DNA of 61,539 bases from contig JAYUUN010000009.1 of assembly GCA_043754535.1 (NCBI GenBank), positions 1 through 61,539 on the forward strand, given 5' to 3'. A program made the position numbers and the translations under genes. Origin of the DNA: Chloroflexota bacterium. GTDB taxonomy: Bacteria > Chloroflexota > Chloroflexia > QHBQ01. Positions 1 through 9,559 of this stretch are shown here, one piece after another (position 1 is the first letter of the stretch; every line of letters starts with the position of its first letter). The notes beneath the pieces were generated by a model. The model did no database searches and was not told the DNA's origin. It saw only the letters and a program-made list of their open reading frames with translations.

Positions 1-1
1 C

Positions 2-172
2 AGCAACTTCGCCTACGCCGCGATTGAGACGCTGGCGGCTAGAGGCATCATCAATGGCGCAGCCTGCACCAGCGGCCAGTGCTTCCGGCCTAACGACAAC
101 GTGCGACGTGGCGAACTCAGCAAGGTCGTGCGTCGCGCTACCGAGAGCCAGTTGTTACAAGGCAACCCATAG
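2..172 (+). CDS. 3' end of an S-layer homology (SLH) domain protein (partial, runs off window)
   Basis: Frame from nt 2 reads SNFAYAAIETLAARGIING..C..CFRPNDNVRRGELSKVV..., stop TAG 170-172; fits the SLH pattern (GIING, FRP..N..R.E). Confidence 0.8.
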   Translation, partial: SNFAYAAIETLAARGIINGAACTSGQCFRPNDNVRRGELSKVVRRATESQLLQGNP

Positions 173-198
173 GCTCATCAGTAAAAAGGAGAAATGTC

Positions 199-1554
199 AT
201 GTCTTCGTTCATCACCCGCTTCAATCATGGTCGCCTGCTGGCGGTGTTCGCCCTCACTCTCGCTCTGCTCCTCAGCGGTAGCACGTGGCAGGCTCAGGCT
301 CAAGGCGGCACTCCTGGCAGCCCCCTCGTGCAACGCTTCCAGGACGTGCCAGACACCTACCTGTTCGCCCCCTTCATCAACAGCCTGTATGACAATGCCA
401 TCGTCGGCGGCTATCCTTGTGGTGGTAACAACCCGTGTGTGCCACCGGCCAACCTGCCCTACTTCCTGCCCAGCGACAACGTGACGCGCGCCCAGCTTGC
501 CAAGTTCCTCGACAACGGTCGCCAGAAGATAGGCAACGCTATCGGCAACTCGCTAGTGATCACTACCAGCAACTTTGTTGCCCTCAGTGTGTCGAACAGT
601 AGTGGTGGCTATGCTGTTCGCGGTTCGTGCATCACCGCTGGCACCGGCTGCTATGCGGTTAGTAGCAGTGCCAATACTGGCAGCTTTGCTGGAGTCTTCG
701 AGGGCGGCAAGGGCGTTTTCGCAGCGGCTGCCGACGCTGATCGCCCGGCGGTGTATGCCTCCTCTGCTGGTGGTGGCGGTTGGGGCGTATACGGTTTGAG
801 TACCAGCAGTCATGGCGTACAGGCCAAGACCAGTGCCTCTAGCTCGTACTCGCTGTGGGTTGAGGCAGCGGGCGGTGACCTGACCACCAGCTCGTCCTAT
901 GTTGCGGGCGGACTGTTTGTCAACGGCAACCTCAACGTCAGCGGCTCCAAGACCGGCTACGTGGTTGACATCATGCAGAACGTCGGCAGCGAAGCCCTGT
1001 CGCAGGGCGATGTGGTGGTGATCGTCGGCAGCAGCGCACCGGCGCAGGGTACGGTGCCGGTCGTCAGCGTCAAGAAGGCCAGTAGCGCGTATGACACCGG
1101 CGTGGTCGGTGTGGTTGACCAGGTGCTACAGGTGCCGAGTGCTGAACTCAAAGCGCAGTATACTAGCGAGCAAGCCGCGATCAAGGCTGCCCTCACCCGC
1201 CGTGATGCCGCCGAGCTTGCCGCGAAGGAAAGCGGCCAGCCGATGAAGGCTGTCCTCATCCCGCAGCAGACGATCAGTGACAAGGCGGTAGCCATTGAGC
1301 CGTTGGCCGATGCAGAGGCAGTGGCAACCGGTGGCTATATCAACGCAGTAACCCTCGGCAGCTACAAGGGGGTTAAGGTTGACGCTAGCTTCGGGGCAAT
1401 CAAGGCGGGTGACTTGCTAGTAGCCAGCAGCAACCCCGGCTACGCAATGAAGGCGGGCGAGATCAGCAAGAGCAATGGTGCAGTAATCGGCAAGGCTCTG
1501 CGTGACTTCCCGGCTGGCACTGGCATGATCCCGGTCATGGTCTCACTCAAGTAA
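199..1554 (+). CDS. Secreted SLH-domain surface protein with Gly-rich beta-repeat middle and C-terminal chaperone-like domain
   Basis: Signal peptide (AQA), SLH motif FQDVP...GGYPC...YFLPSDNVTRAQLAKF, C-terminal VKVDASFGAIKAGDLL...GAVIGKAL; AGGAG RBS. Confidence 0.75.
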   Translation: MSSFITRFNHGRLLAVFALTLALLLSGSTWQAQAQGGTPGSPLVQRFQDVPDTYLFAPFINSLYDNAIVGGYPCGGNNPCVPPANLPYFLPSDNVTRAQLAKFLDNGRQKIGNAIGNSLVITTSNFVALSVSNSSGGYAVRGSCITAGTGCYAVSSSANTGSFAGVFEGGKGVFAAAADADRPAVYASSAGGGGWGVYGLSTSSHGVQAKTSASSSYSLWVEAAGGDLTTSSSYVAGGLFVNGNLNVSGSKTGYVVDIMQNVGSEALSQGDVVVIVGSSAPAQGTVPVVSVKKASSAYDTGVVGVVDQVLQVPSAELKAQYTSEQAAIKAALTRRDAAELAAKESGQPMKAVLIPQQTISDKAVAIEPLADAEAVATGGYINAVTLGSYKGVKVDASFGAIKAGDLLVASSNPGYAMKAGEISKSNGAVIGKALRDFPAGTGMIPVMVSLK

Positions 1555-1618
1555 GCAGCACGAGTGATGATTGATGATTAGCCAATCCGCTGCTGAGTGG
1601 GACACCTCGGTGTGAGAC

Positions 1619-1654
1619 ACGGACAGACCTCTTGGTAGCAAGAGGTCTGTCCGT
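1619..1654 (+). terminator. Perfect 16-bp inverted repeat, probable terminator
   Basis: ACGGACAGACCTCTTG-GTAG-CAAGAGGTCTGTCCGT, 65 nt after the SLH gene stop. Confidence 0.7.
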
Positions 1655-2198
1655 ATCTTGTGCTGGCAAGGGGAAATGGCATCCACACAATCATAAAGAT
1701 GATGCTACTCAAAATTAGCATTACCAGCATCGCTCAACCACAATTCGCCTTAACCATGCTCCACACTAACAAACTCGTATAGAGCCGCCTTCGCTTTGGG
1801 AGCTTTTTGTGCGCCCTTCTTACCAAACTTACGACTAGCTTGGTGGGCAGCCCAACAAAGATCAGGTATGACAATGAGGCCGAGTATCGAGCTAAACACG
1901 TCTTTGTTGTGCGGTGTAAGGCCCGCCCCGTAGCTGGTCAGTTTACCCACTTCGGCAAAGGCTACAAACCAACGCACAGACAGGAAGTTGATGAGCAGGA
2001 TGCCAAACCAGATATTTAGCTGGTGGGCTGTGGAGTAGTTGGTGGACGGTGTGAACAAGCCGAGTGGGATTGTCGCTTAAGCTGATGTATAGCGCGCACA
2101 GTTATGCGAGGGTAAGGCCAGCAGCAACAGCCTGCGCCCAAGATGAAGCCTGCTCGTTGGTTAGCTTGATTGGAGAGCGGTTGCTATTTGACATGAGC

Positions 2199-2450
2199 TT
2201 AGATCGGCAGCAAGCCTTCGCGCAGGTAGTCTAGCATCTCGGTGGGGCGCAGTTCTTCTGGCACCTCGGCGAAGCCGGGGAAGCCGCCCCACGCGAAGCT
2301 GCGGCGCAGGTACTGGACAAAGAACTCTGAACGAACTATCTGAGTGCCCATAGGAGATTGGTCTATTATGGCATCAAACCCCACAGATGGCATTATGATA
2401 AAATCACCATCATCAACATTCCAATCACCGATGCGACACTTTACACTCAT
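2199..2450 (-). pseudogene. Short ORF or gene remnant ending FVQYLRRSFAWGGFPG...LREGLLPI
   Basis: 3' half has genome-like GC/codon use and a protein-like C-terminus; 5' half is AT-richer with no clear RBS. Confidence 0.35.
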
Positions 2451-2561
2451 CTAGCTGCCCTCTGAGCTAAGTATAGCGGCTGGCTACTGGCTTGAGAAGG
2501 GCAGTACAGCAAGCCGCCCGAACAACACGTGCTGGGCGAGCGGCTTGGCTGCTGGCGCACT

Positions 2562-3077
2562 CTACTTGAGGTCTATCTTCTCGTTCTCACCACCCTGGAT
2601 CGGCTGGTGGGTAACCAGGGCTTTGACAAAACCAGCCAACCGCACCACAGTGCTGTTCGGCGCGTCCCAGTACTCGGCCTGGCTCACCTCCACTTTGAGC
2701 AGAGCGAGCTTGGGGTCTTCGAGACCGTCGGGGAACCAGCCCTTGATGAAGGGCGAGTATAGCTCCTTCATCTTCGCCGCATCCTTGACCAGGGTGGCTG
2801 TGCCACTGACCGAGACGTAGCGGTTCTTGCCACCATCGCCGAAGCTGAGATTGACGTGCCGCTCCTTCTGCACCTCATCCACCTTCGGCGAGTCGTCAGC
2901 GGTGAAGAACCAGAGGGTACCATCGAAATCCGTATCCTGGGTCGCCATTGGGCGGCTACGCAGGCTACCATCTTCATCCGCCGTAGTTAGCATAGCAATG
3001 CGGATACCCTTAATCATTTCAGCCAGCTTCTTTACATCCTCGCTCTGGCTATGTTCATTCTGGTTGCTGTCAGCCAT
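2562..3077 (-). CDS. Pyridoxamine 5'-phosphate oxidase-like / general stress protein 26 family
   Basis: IAMLTT..DG.LRSRPM...DGTLWFFT...YVSVSG...WFPDG..DP...AEYWD; AAGGAG RBS. Confidence 0.9.
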   Translation of the reverse strand: MADSNQNEHSQSEDVKKLAEMIKGIRIAMLTTADEDGSLRSRPMATQDTDFDGTLWFFTADDSPKVDEVQKERHVNLSFGDGGKNRYVSVSGTATLVKDAAKMKELYSPFIKGWFPDGLEDPKLALLKVEVSQAEYWDAPNSTVVRLAGFVKALVTHQPIQGGENEKIDLK

Positions 3078-3159
3078 TGTACTTGCTCCTTGATTAACTG
3101 TGCTGGACGGCTAAGCTACCGCCCGCCTTGTCGAGCTAGAAGCAAGCGGTGTACCAGCG

Positions 3160-3804
3160 TCAAGGTGCAACCGGCGTGGCCGGGCTGGCAGCCCCACCCC
3201 CGCCACCGGGGAACAGACCCGTCAGGCTACCGAGGATGATGCGGTTGGCGGTCACGGTGTCGCCGCTGGTTTGGCCCTGCACAGCGATGCGGTCGCCCAC
3301 TTTCAGGTCGCTGGTCTGCTTCTGTTCTACTGCGCTCACAGTAGTGCTGCTGCTCAGCTTGACGGTCAGCGACTTGTCTGTTGTCTCCACCGTCAGGGTG
3401 TCACCGTTAATCGCCGTTACCTTGCCCTGGGTGCCGCCACCGAAGCCACGTGCGCCAGTGCCACGATTGGCCTGGGTGCCAGTGCCGCCCACCGCCCCCG
3501 TGCTGCCCGTCGCCCCCGCTCCGCCAGCCCCAAAGCCGCCGCCACCGAATGCGCCACCACCGGGGAAGTTGCAGCTTTGGCCGCCAGTGCAGGCCGCCTG
3601 GATGAAACTGATCGGGCTGTCACGAAATAGCTGGTAAGCCTTCGCGTCACCGCCACTGTTGCCAACGAACCAGCCCGCCCCGCCTGCCAGCCCAGCGACA
3701 AGGACGAGGGAGACGATGAAAGTGGGAACATTGATGCCCTTGCTAGGCGGGCGTGGTGCCTGGCTCTGCTCGATAGCAGGCAGGAGACTTCTATCTTCAG
3801 TCAT
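3160..3804 (-). CDS. Membrane-anchored Gly-rich DUF5666-like protein
   Basis: One TM helix, Gly-rich linker, GKVTAINGDTLTV...DLKVGDRIAVQG...VTA; ATG 3804 after GAGGAAAGAGG. Confidence 0.7.
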   Translation of the reverse strand: MTEDRSLLPAIEQSQAPRPPSKGINVPTFIVSLVLVAGLAGGAGWFVGNSGGDAKAYQLFRDSPISFIQAACTGGQSCNFPGGGAFGGGGFGAGGAGATGSTGAVGGTGTQANRGTGARGFGGGTQGKVTAINGDTLTVETTDKSLTVKLSSSTTVSAVEQKQTSDLKVGDRIAVQGQTSGDTVTANRIILGSLTGLFPGGGGGAASPATPVAP

Positions 3805-3893
3805 CCTCTTTCCTCCTCTGACGAAGGGGCAGCGTGGTTGCGCCGCCCCTGGCAATCAAGTTAGCTGGTGGCTCCCGCTAAAGGCGGGAGTGG

Positions 3894-4769
3894 CTAGCCG
3901 TTCTGGGTGCTGCTGTCATCCTGGTTCTGGGTGTTCTGGTTCTGCGCTGGGTCGCCCCAGCCACCCATGCCGCCCATGCCACGCTGGTGGTTGCCCATGC
4001 CAGGGCCGCCCATACCGCGCAGCCCGAAGCCAAAGCCCTTGCTCAGGTCTGCGTCCTGCACCTGCTTGAGGGTCGCGTCCTCCTGGGCCTGGGTCAGCTT
4101 GCCATCCTTCACCGCCTTGTCAAGGATTGGCTTGAGGGTGGCGACGATGGTGGCCTTCAGGTCGGCCTCGCTAACATTCTTTTCCTTAGCAATGTCGAGC
4201 AGGCTCTTGCCGCCCCGTATCTCGCTGATCAGTTGCTCACTGGTCAGGCCGAGCTTAGCCGCGACTGCCGCCACAACCTTGCCCATGTCGCCCATCATGC
4301 CGCCCCGCCCCATCATGCCGGGGCCGTCCATGCCGCGCCCCATCTCGTGGCCGCCGAAGGGGAAGCCTTCGCCCATGCCAGCGTCGATCCGCGTGTTGAG
4401 CGCGTCGGCCTGGGCCTGGGTCAGCTTACCATCCTTGACCATCTGGGCTACTACTGCCTTGCTCGCATCCTTCTGCGCGGTGGCGAGCTTGTCCTTGCTT
4501 ACGCCCAGTCCGTCCGCCAGCTTCTGCTGGTAGAGGTCAGCGTACTGCTGGAAGCCGCCCTGTGGCTTGGCTGCGGGCGTAGCCTGGCTGCTACCACTGC
4601 TGGCGGTCGGGCTTGCGCTGACCTGAGCTATCGTGCTGGCCTGGCCGACGGTGCTGGCGGGCGTAGCGGCTGCCGCCCCTGGCTGGACAATCAGGAAGGC
4701 GGCGGTGGCGATGGCGACGAGAGTCACCGCGACGACGCTGCCAACTACCTTGAGGTTGATACTTTTCAC
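3894..4769 (-). CDS. Secreted helical-repeat protein with Gly/Met-rich segments
   Basis: Signal peptide; duplicated VKDGKLTQAQ motif; LG(V/L)..(D/E).L repeats; GTG start with AGGAG. Confidence 0.75.
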   Translation of the reverse strand: MKSINLKVVGSVVAVTLVAIATAAFLIVQPGAAAATPASTVGQASTIAQVSASPTASSGSSQATPAAKPQGGFQQYADLYQQKLADGLGVSKDKLATAQKDASKAVVAQMVKDGKLTQAQADALNTRIDAGMGEGFPFGGHEMGRGMDGPGMMGRGGMMGDMGKVVAAVAAKLGLTSEQLISEIRGGKSLLDIAKEKNVSEADLKATIVATLKPILDKAVKDGKLTQAQEDATLKQVQDADLSKGFGFGLRGMGGPGMGNHQRGMGGMGGWGDPAQNQNTQNQDDSSTQNG

Positions 4770-4816
4770 TACTATGCTCCTTGTTGTGATTGCGACGAGG
4801 GTCGCTAGCTGCTTAC

Positions 4817-4844
4817 ATTACACCGCCGCCCACTGCGATGTTCC
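4817..4844 (-). promoter_or_regulatory. Putative ECF sigma promoter (GGAAC-N17-TGTAAT)
   Basis: Same motif precedes the adaptor gene and the sigma gene. Confidence 0.65.
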
Positions 4845-4887
4845 TACTGGGCGGTGGCTCTAACCCTGCTCTAATCTCCACCCCTGG

Positions 4888-6162
4888 CTATTCATAACGC
4901 AGGGCTTCGATGGGGTTGAGGCGGGCGGCACGGCGGGCGGGGTAGATGCCGAAGAATAGGCCGATGGCTGCACTGAAGCCAAAGGCGAGTAGGACGGAGC
5001 CGAGGTCGATCTGCGAGGCGATGGTGCTGCTGCCAAAGAGGGCGAAGCGCGCCCCCAGCGAACTGACCGCGTAGCTGATGCCCGCCCCCAGACCGATGCC
5101 AATCAAGCCACCCAGCAGGCTAATTACTACCGCTTCGACCAGGAATTGGGTGAGGATATTGCCTTCGGTTGCCCCCACCGCCTTCCGCACGCCGATCTCC
5201 CGCGTGCGCTCAGTAACGCTGACCAGCATGATGTTCATGATGCCGATGCCGCCCACCAACAGAGAGATGAAGGCGATTGCGCCGAGGAAGCCGGTGATTG
5301 CCGCCAGCACGCCCGTCAGGGTGGTGAGCAGCGAAGCCTGGTTGAGCATACTGAAGTCATCAGTCCCCTCAGTGGTACGGTGACGTTCGCGCAGCACTGC
5401 GGTCGCTTCAGTCTGCACGCTATCGGTGTGTTTGTCGTCAACCGCCTGGAGGGTGATGTTGTTGATTGGGTGGCCGACGACCCCAGTAGCAGCCTTGCGG
5501 CCAGATAGCTTGGTGTAGGCGGTGGTAATCGGGATGAACACCTGGTCGTCGCTGCTGCCGAAGGTGTTGCCACCCTTCTTCGTCAACACGCCGACCACGC
5601 GGAAGCTGAGGCGGTTGATCTGGATCGTCTGGCCTACAGGGTCTTCACCCTGGAACAGGTCACTAGCGACGTTAGGGCCAATCAGGGCGACGTTCTGGAT
5701 GCCGCTCAGTTCGGTCTGGCCGAACCAATCGCCGCTAGCTGCGCTGACGCTGTAGGCGGTGGCGTAGTCGCTGGTAGTGCCGATTACGCTGTAGCTATTG
5801 TTCGTTCCTTGATAGACAACCTGCCCCTGGGTAGTCACCTGCGGCACGATCACGGCGGCACTTGGCACCTTGTCGGTGTTCTGCAAGGCGATAGCATCCT
5901 CGTAGGTGAGGGTTTGCGCCCCCCCCTGCCCACCGCGTGCGCCGCCTGGCCCGAAGCCGCCGCTGCCTGGCCGCACGGTGATCAGGTTTGTGCCATTCGA
6001 GGTGATTTGGCTGGTGATGCTCTTGGTGGTGCCGTTGCCGAGGGAGAGCAGGGCGATTACCGCTGCTACACCGATGATAATCCCCAGCATGGTCAGCACA
6101 GAGCGTAGCTTGTTGGCGGCCAGACTCTTGACCGCAATCCTGATACTTTGCATCAGACCCAT
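4888..6162 (-). CDS. MacB/YknZ-type ABC transporter permease
   Basis: NKLRSVLTMLGIIIGV, SLLVGGIGIMNIMLVSVTERTREIG, PARRAARLNPIEALRYE. Confidence 0.95.
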   Translation of the reverse strand: MGLMQSIRIAVKSLAANKLRSVLTMLGIIIGVAAVIALLSLGNGTTKSITSQITSNGTNLITVRPGSGGFGPGGARGGQGGAQTLTYEDAIALQNTDKVPSAAVIVPQVTTQGQVVYQGTNNSYSVIGTTSDYATAYSVSAASGDWFGQTELSGIQNVALIGPNVASDLFQGEDPVGQTIQINRLSFRVVGVLTKKGGNTFGSSDDQVFIPITTAYTKLSGRKAATGVVGHPINNITLQAVDDKHTDSVQTEATAVLRERHRTTEGTDDFSMLNQASLLTTLTGVLAAITGFLGAIAFISLLVGGIGIMNIMLVSVTERTREIGVRKAVGATEGNILTQFLVEAVVISLLGGLIGIGLGAGISYAVSSLGARFALFGSSTIASQIDLGSVLLAFGFSAAIGLFFGIYPARRAARLNPIEALRYE

Positions 6163-6182
6163 TGTTGTTACCTCTACTCGTG

Positions 6183-6992
6183 CTAGCTGGTTAAGCCAGC
6201 CACCTTGACCAATTCGCTATTGCCGTTCATGCTATGCGTAGGGGCCGCTGAGCCTTCGGGCTGCGCTGGCAGGCTGGCCCCGATTACGATAGGAGCCAAT
6301 ACTGGCTCGTCGGCGGCAAGCAGGCCGTCGCGGATGCGGATGATGCGGCGGGTGTGCTGCGCGATTTCTGGCTCGTGCGTAACAAAGATGACGGTGATAC
6401 CCTGCGTCTGGTTGAGCCGCTGAAAGATTGCCATGATCTCGGCACTGGCAGTGCTGTCAAGGTTGCCGGTTGGCTCGTCGGCCAGCAGGATAGCGGGGTT
6501 GTTAACCAGCGCGCGAGCGATGGCGACGCGCTGCTGCTGGCCGCCAGAGAGTTCGTTGGGCTGGTGAAAGAGGCGGTCGCCGAGGCCGACGGCTTGCAGC
6601 ACACTGGTCGCCCGCGCCCGCCGATCCTTCGCGCTACCGATCCCCGCGTACATCATCGGCAACTCTACGTTCTCCAAAGCCGAAGTGCGGCGCAGCAGGT
6701 TGAATTGCTGGAAGACGAAGCCGATCTTCTTGCTGCGCGCCTTTGCCAGCACCTTGCCGCTCAACTTACCCACATCGTCACCGTCGAGGATATAGCGGCC
6801 ACTGGTTGGCGCATCAAGGCAACCGAGCAGGTTCATCAGGGTGGACTTGCCAGAGCCAGACGGCCCCATGATCGCCACCAATTCACCACTCTGCACCTGG
6901 AAGCTGACCCCGCGCAGGGCGTTTACCTTCACGTCGCCCATTTGATACGACTTGACGAGGTTCTCTGCCTGGATCACGGTGTGGTTGTTCAT
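6183..6992 (-). CDS. MacB/YknY-type ABC transporter ATP-binding protein
   Basis: Walker [40 protein letters not shown]. Confidence 0.95.
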   Translation of the reverse strand: MNNHTVIQAENLVKSYQMGDVKVNALRGVSFQVQSGELVAIMGPSGSGKSTLMNLLGCLDAPTSGRYILDGDDVGKLSGKVLAKARSKKIGFVFQQFNLLRRTSALENVELPMMYAGIGSAKDRRARATSVLQAVGLGDRLFHQPNELSGGQQQRVAIARALVNNPAILLADEPTGNLDSTASAEIMAIFQRLNQTQGITVIFVTHEPEIAQHTRRIIRIRDGLLAADEPVLAPIVIGASLPAQPEGSAAPTHSMNGNSELVKVAGLTS

Positions 6993-7035
6993 TATATCTC
7001 CTTAACCTGCCCGCTGGCGAGGGTGTGGCGGCTGA

Positions 7036-9432
7036 TCAACGTAGCCCCCCCAGGCCACCGCTGCCACGGGTAGTAGTCGTAGTGGTGGTAGCAGTGGTGT
7101 TCAGCACCACGCTGTCACCATCCGCGAGGTCGCCGCCACTGACGATGCTGGCGATTTCGGTGTTGGTGCCGTCGTTGAGGCCAGTAGTGACCACTAGCTC
7201 GTGGTTCTGGCCGCCGCTGCGGACGGTGACGATGCGCTGGCCGCTCTGACTGCGAATTGCCTTATTCGGCACCAGCAGGGCGTTGGTTTTAGCTTCGTAG
7301 ACCACGGTGGCGTTAGCAGTCATCCCTGCTCGCACTGCCGCCGCCGATGCCTTGTCAAGCGTGACGGTGGTCAGGTAGGTGACAACATTGGAGCTAACCG
7401 TACTCTTGCTGGCGACAAACGTCACCTTGCCCTGTACGGTGGTGCCAGCGATAGCATCGAAGGTGAGGTTCACCTCGTTGCTCAGCTTGACTTTGGCAAT
7501 GTCAGCTTCACCAATGTAGAGGTCTACGTGGTAGCTACTATCGTCTACCAGTTCAACGGCATTTTCGCTGCCGGTGAGCGACTGGCCGGGGATAATATTC
7601 ACCGCGTTGACCACGCCGCTGAAGGGGGCGGCCAGGGTGGCGTTCTTCAGCTTGAGGCGGTTCACTTCGAGGCTGGCCTCCGACTGCTTGACGCTAGCCA
7701 TTGACACTGCGATGTCTTCGCTGCGTGGCCCATTCTGGAGGTCGGTGAGGGTAGCATTGGCCTGGTCTACACTGGCCTGGGCCTGGGTGAGGTCGTTGGC
7801 AGTGCCACCCTGCGCCGCCTTGTCGTAGCTGGCTTGCGCGCTGGCGATGCTGGCTTCAGCGGCAGCTATGTCGCTAGCGGTCGGCGGGGCCACCAGTTTG
7901 TCGTAGCTGGCCTGCGCCTGCTTGAGCGATTCCTGGGCCGAGGCCACATCGAGGGCAGTACCGCCCTTTGTCATCTTGTCGTAGTTAGCCTGGGCCGAGG
8001 TCACGCTGGCCTGGGCTGCGGCTACGTCTGCTTCGGTAGGAGTAGCAAGGCTCTTGTCGAAGCTAGCCTGGGCCGAAGTGAGGCTGGCCTGGGCTGCGGC
8101 TACGTCTGCTTCGGTGGCGGGAGCTACCGCCTTGTCGTAGCTGGCCTGGGCCGAGGTTACGCTAGCCTGGGCTGCGGCGAGGTCGCTAGCCTTTGGCCCA
8201 GCCGTCAGGTCGGCTAGCTGCTTCTTCGCGTCGTCGAGGCTGGCCTGAGCAGCGGCAAGCGTGTTCTTCTGCTGGATCAGCGCGTCGTTGTAGCTGTTGG
8301 CCGCCTTCTGCTGGTTGCCAGTTGCGTCCTGCAAGTCGCGATTGGCCTGGTCAAAGGTGGACTTGAGGGTACCACGCGGGTCGTCTTTGGTCGTGCCATC
8401 GGCGTTGTAGTAGTTGTCGTAAGCGGTGGCATAGCTGCCCTGCGCCTTCCGCACCGCGTTGTCGGCCTGGTCACGGGCAACCTGTGCGCTATCCACGCTG
8501 GCCTGCTGCTGCGAGATCGTCTTGTCGAGGCTGGTCTGTGCGCTGGTCACCTTCAATTGGGCGGTGCTGAGGTCTGCGTTAGTGGGGCCAGCCTGCACCG
8601 CAGCTAGCTTGGCCTTTGCGCTGTCCAGTTGCGCTTTCGCATTGGCAATATCGCTGGCAGTATAGCTGCCCTTCTGCACCGCAGCTAGCTTAGCCCTTGC
8701 GCTGTCCAGTTGCGCTTTCGCATTGGCAATATCGCTGGCGGTATAGCTGCCAGCCTTGACCGAGGCTAGCTTGGCATTTGCGCTGTCCAGTTGCGCCTTC
8801 GCGTTGGCGATGTCGGACACACTGTAGTTGCCAGTCTTGGTCTGTTCGAGCTTGATTTTGGCGGCGGCGACCTGCGATCTTGCGCTGGCAATTTCGGCGG
8901 CGGTGGGGCCAGCCTTCAGTTGGGCTAGCTTGGCCTTCGCGCTGTCTAGCTGAGCCTGTGCGCTGGCGAGGTCGGCTACAGTGCTGCTGCCGCTCTTGAC
9001 CGCATTGTACTTGGCCTGAGCCGAGCGCAGGGTAGCTTCGGCGTTGGCGAGGTCTTTGGTGGTCGCCCCTGCCTTCGTCTTGGCAAGGCTGGCCTGGGCT
9101 GAGGCGAGATTGGCCTCCGATTGCTGCACGGCTTGCTGCAACTGGCTATCGTCAATCGTCGCCAACACATCACCAGTCGCCACCCGCTGGCCGGTCTTGA
9201 CCTTGATCGCGGTCACGGCTCCACTTGCGCCAAAGCTGAGATTGAGGTCAGCGGCGGGTTGCACGGAGCCATTACTGCTAACTGATGCCTGGATTGTCCC
9301 CCGCGTGGCCTGGGCAAGCTGCACGGTAGTGGCAGCGGTGCTGCCCTGCGGCTTGTTGAGGATGAAGGCGGCAGCGGCCACCAGCAGAGCAACTGCCAGG
9401 ATGCCCCCGATCCACTTTACTGCATTGTTCAT
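7036..9432 (-). CDS. Efflux adaptor (membrane fusion) protein with greatly expanded alpha-helical hairpin, 798 aa
   Basis: N-terminal TM, lipoyl halves (GAVTAIKVKTGQRVATGDVLA; LAAPFSGVV), beta-barrel (EADIAKVK, GMTA), LLVPNKAI; 26-27 aa internal repeats. Confidence 0.9.
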   Translation of the reverse strand: MNNAVKWIGGILAVALLVAAAAFILNKPQGSTAATTVQLAQATRGTIQASVSSNGSVQPAADLNLSFGASGAVTAIKVKTGQRVATGDVLATIDDSQLQQAVQQSEANLASAQASLAKTKAGATTKDLANAEATLRSAQAKYNAVKSGSSTVADLASAQAQLDSAKAKLAQLKAGPTAAEIASARSQVAAAKIKLEQTKTGNYSVSDIANAKAQLDSANAKLASVKAGSYTASDIANAKAQLDSARAKLAAVQKGSYTASDIANAKAQLDSAKAKLAAVQAGPTNADLSTAQLKVTSAQTSLDKTISQQQASVDSAQVARDQADNAVRKAQGSYATAYDNYYNADGTTKDDPRGTLKSTFDQANRDLQDATGNQQKAANSYNDALIQQKNTLAAAQASLDDAKKQLADLTAGPKASDLAAAQASVTSAQASYDKAVAPATEADVAAAQASLTSAQASFDKSLATPTEADVAAAQASVTSAQANYDKMTKGGTALDVASAQESLKQAQASYDKLVAPPTASDIAAAEASIASAQASYDKAAQGGTANDLTQAQASVDQANATLTDLQNGPRSEDIAVSMASVKQSEASLEVNRLKLKNATLAAPFSGVVNAVNIIPGQSLTGSENAVELVDDSSYHVDLYIGEADIAKVKLSNEVNLTFDAIAGTTVQGKVTFVASKSTVSSNVVTYLTTVTLDKASAAAVRAGMTANATVVYEAKTNALLVPNKAIRSQSGQRIVTVRSGGQNHELVVTTGLNDGTNTEIASIVSGGDLADGDSVVLNTTATTTTTTTRGSGGLGGLR

Positions 9433-9484
9433 TACCTACTCTCCTATAGCTAACGGTGTTAGTAGAAGCTCAACTTCTGCTTGC

Positions 9485-9511
9485 ATTACACCAGGCTGAC
9501 GGCAATGTTCC
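9485..9511 (-). promoter_or_regulatory. Putative ECF sigma promoter (GGAAC-N16-TGTAAT)
   Basis: About 50 nt upstream of the adaptor ATG; matches two other copies. Confidence 0.65.
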
Positions 9512-9559
9512 CGCCAGTGCGCAACCTTAATCCCCCTCTAACCTTAGCAGGGGCTGGGG

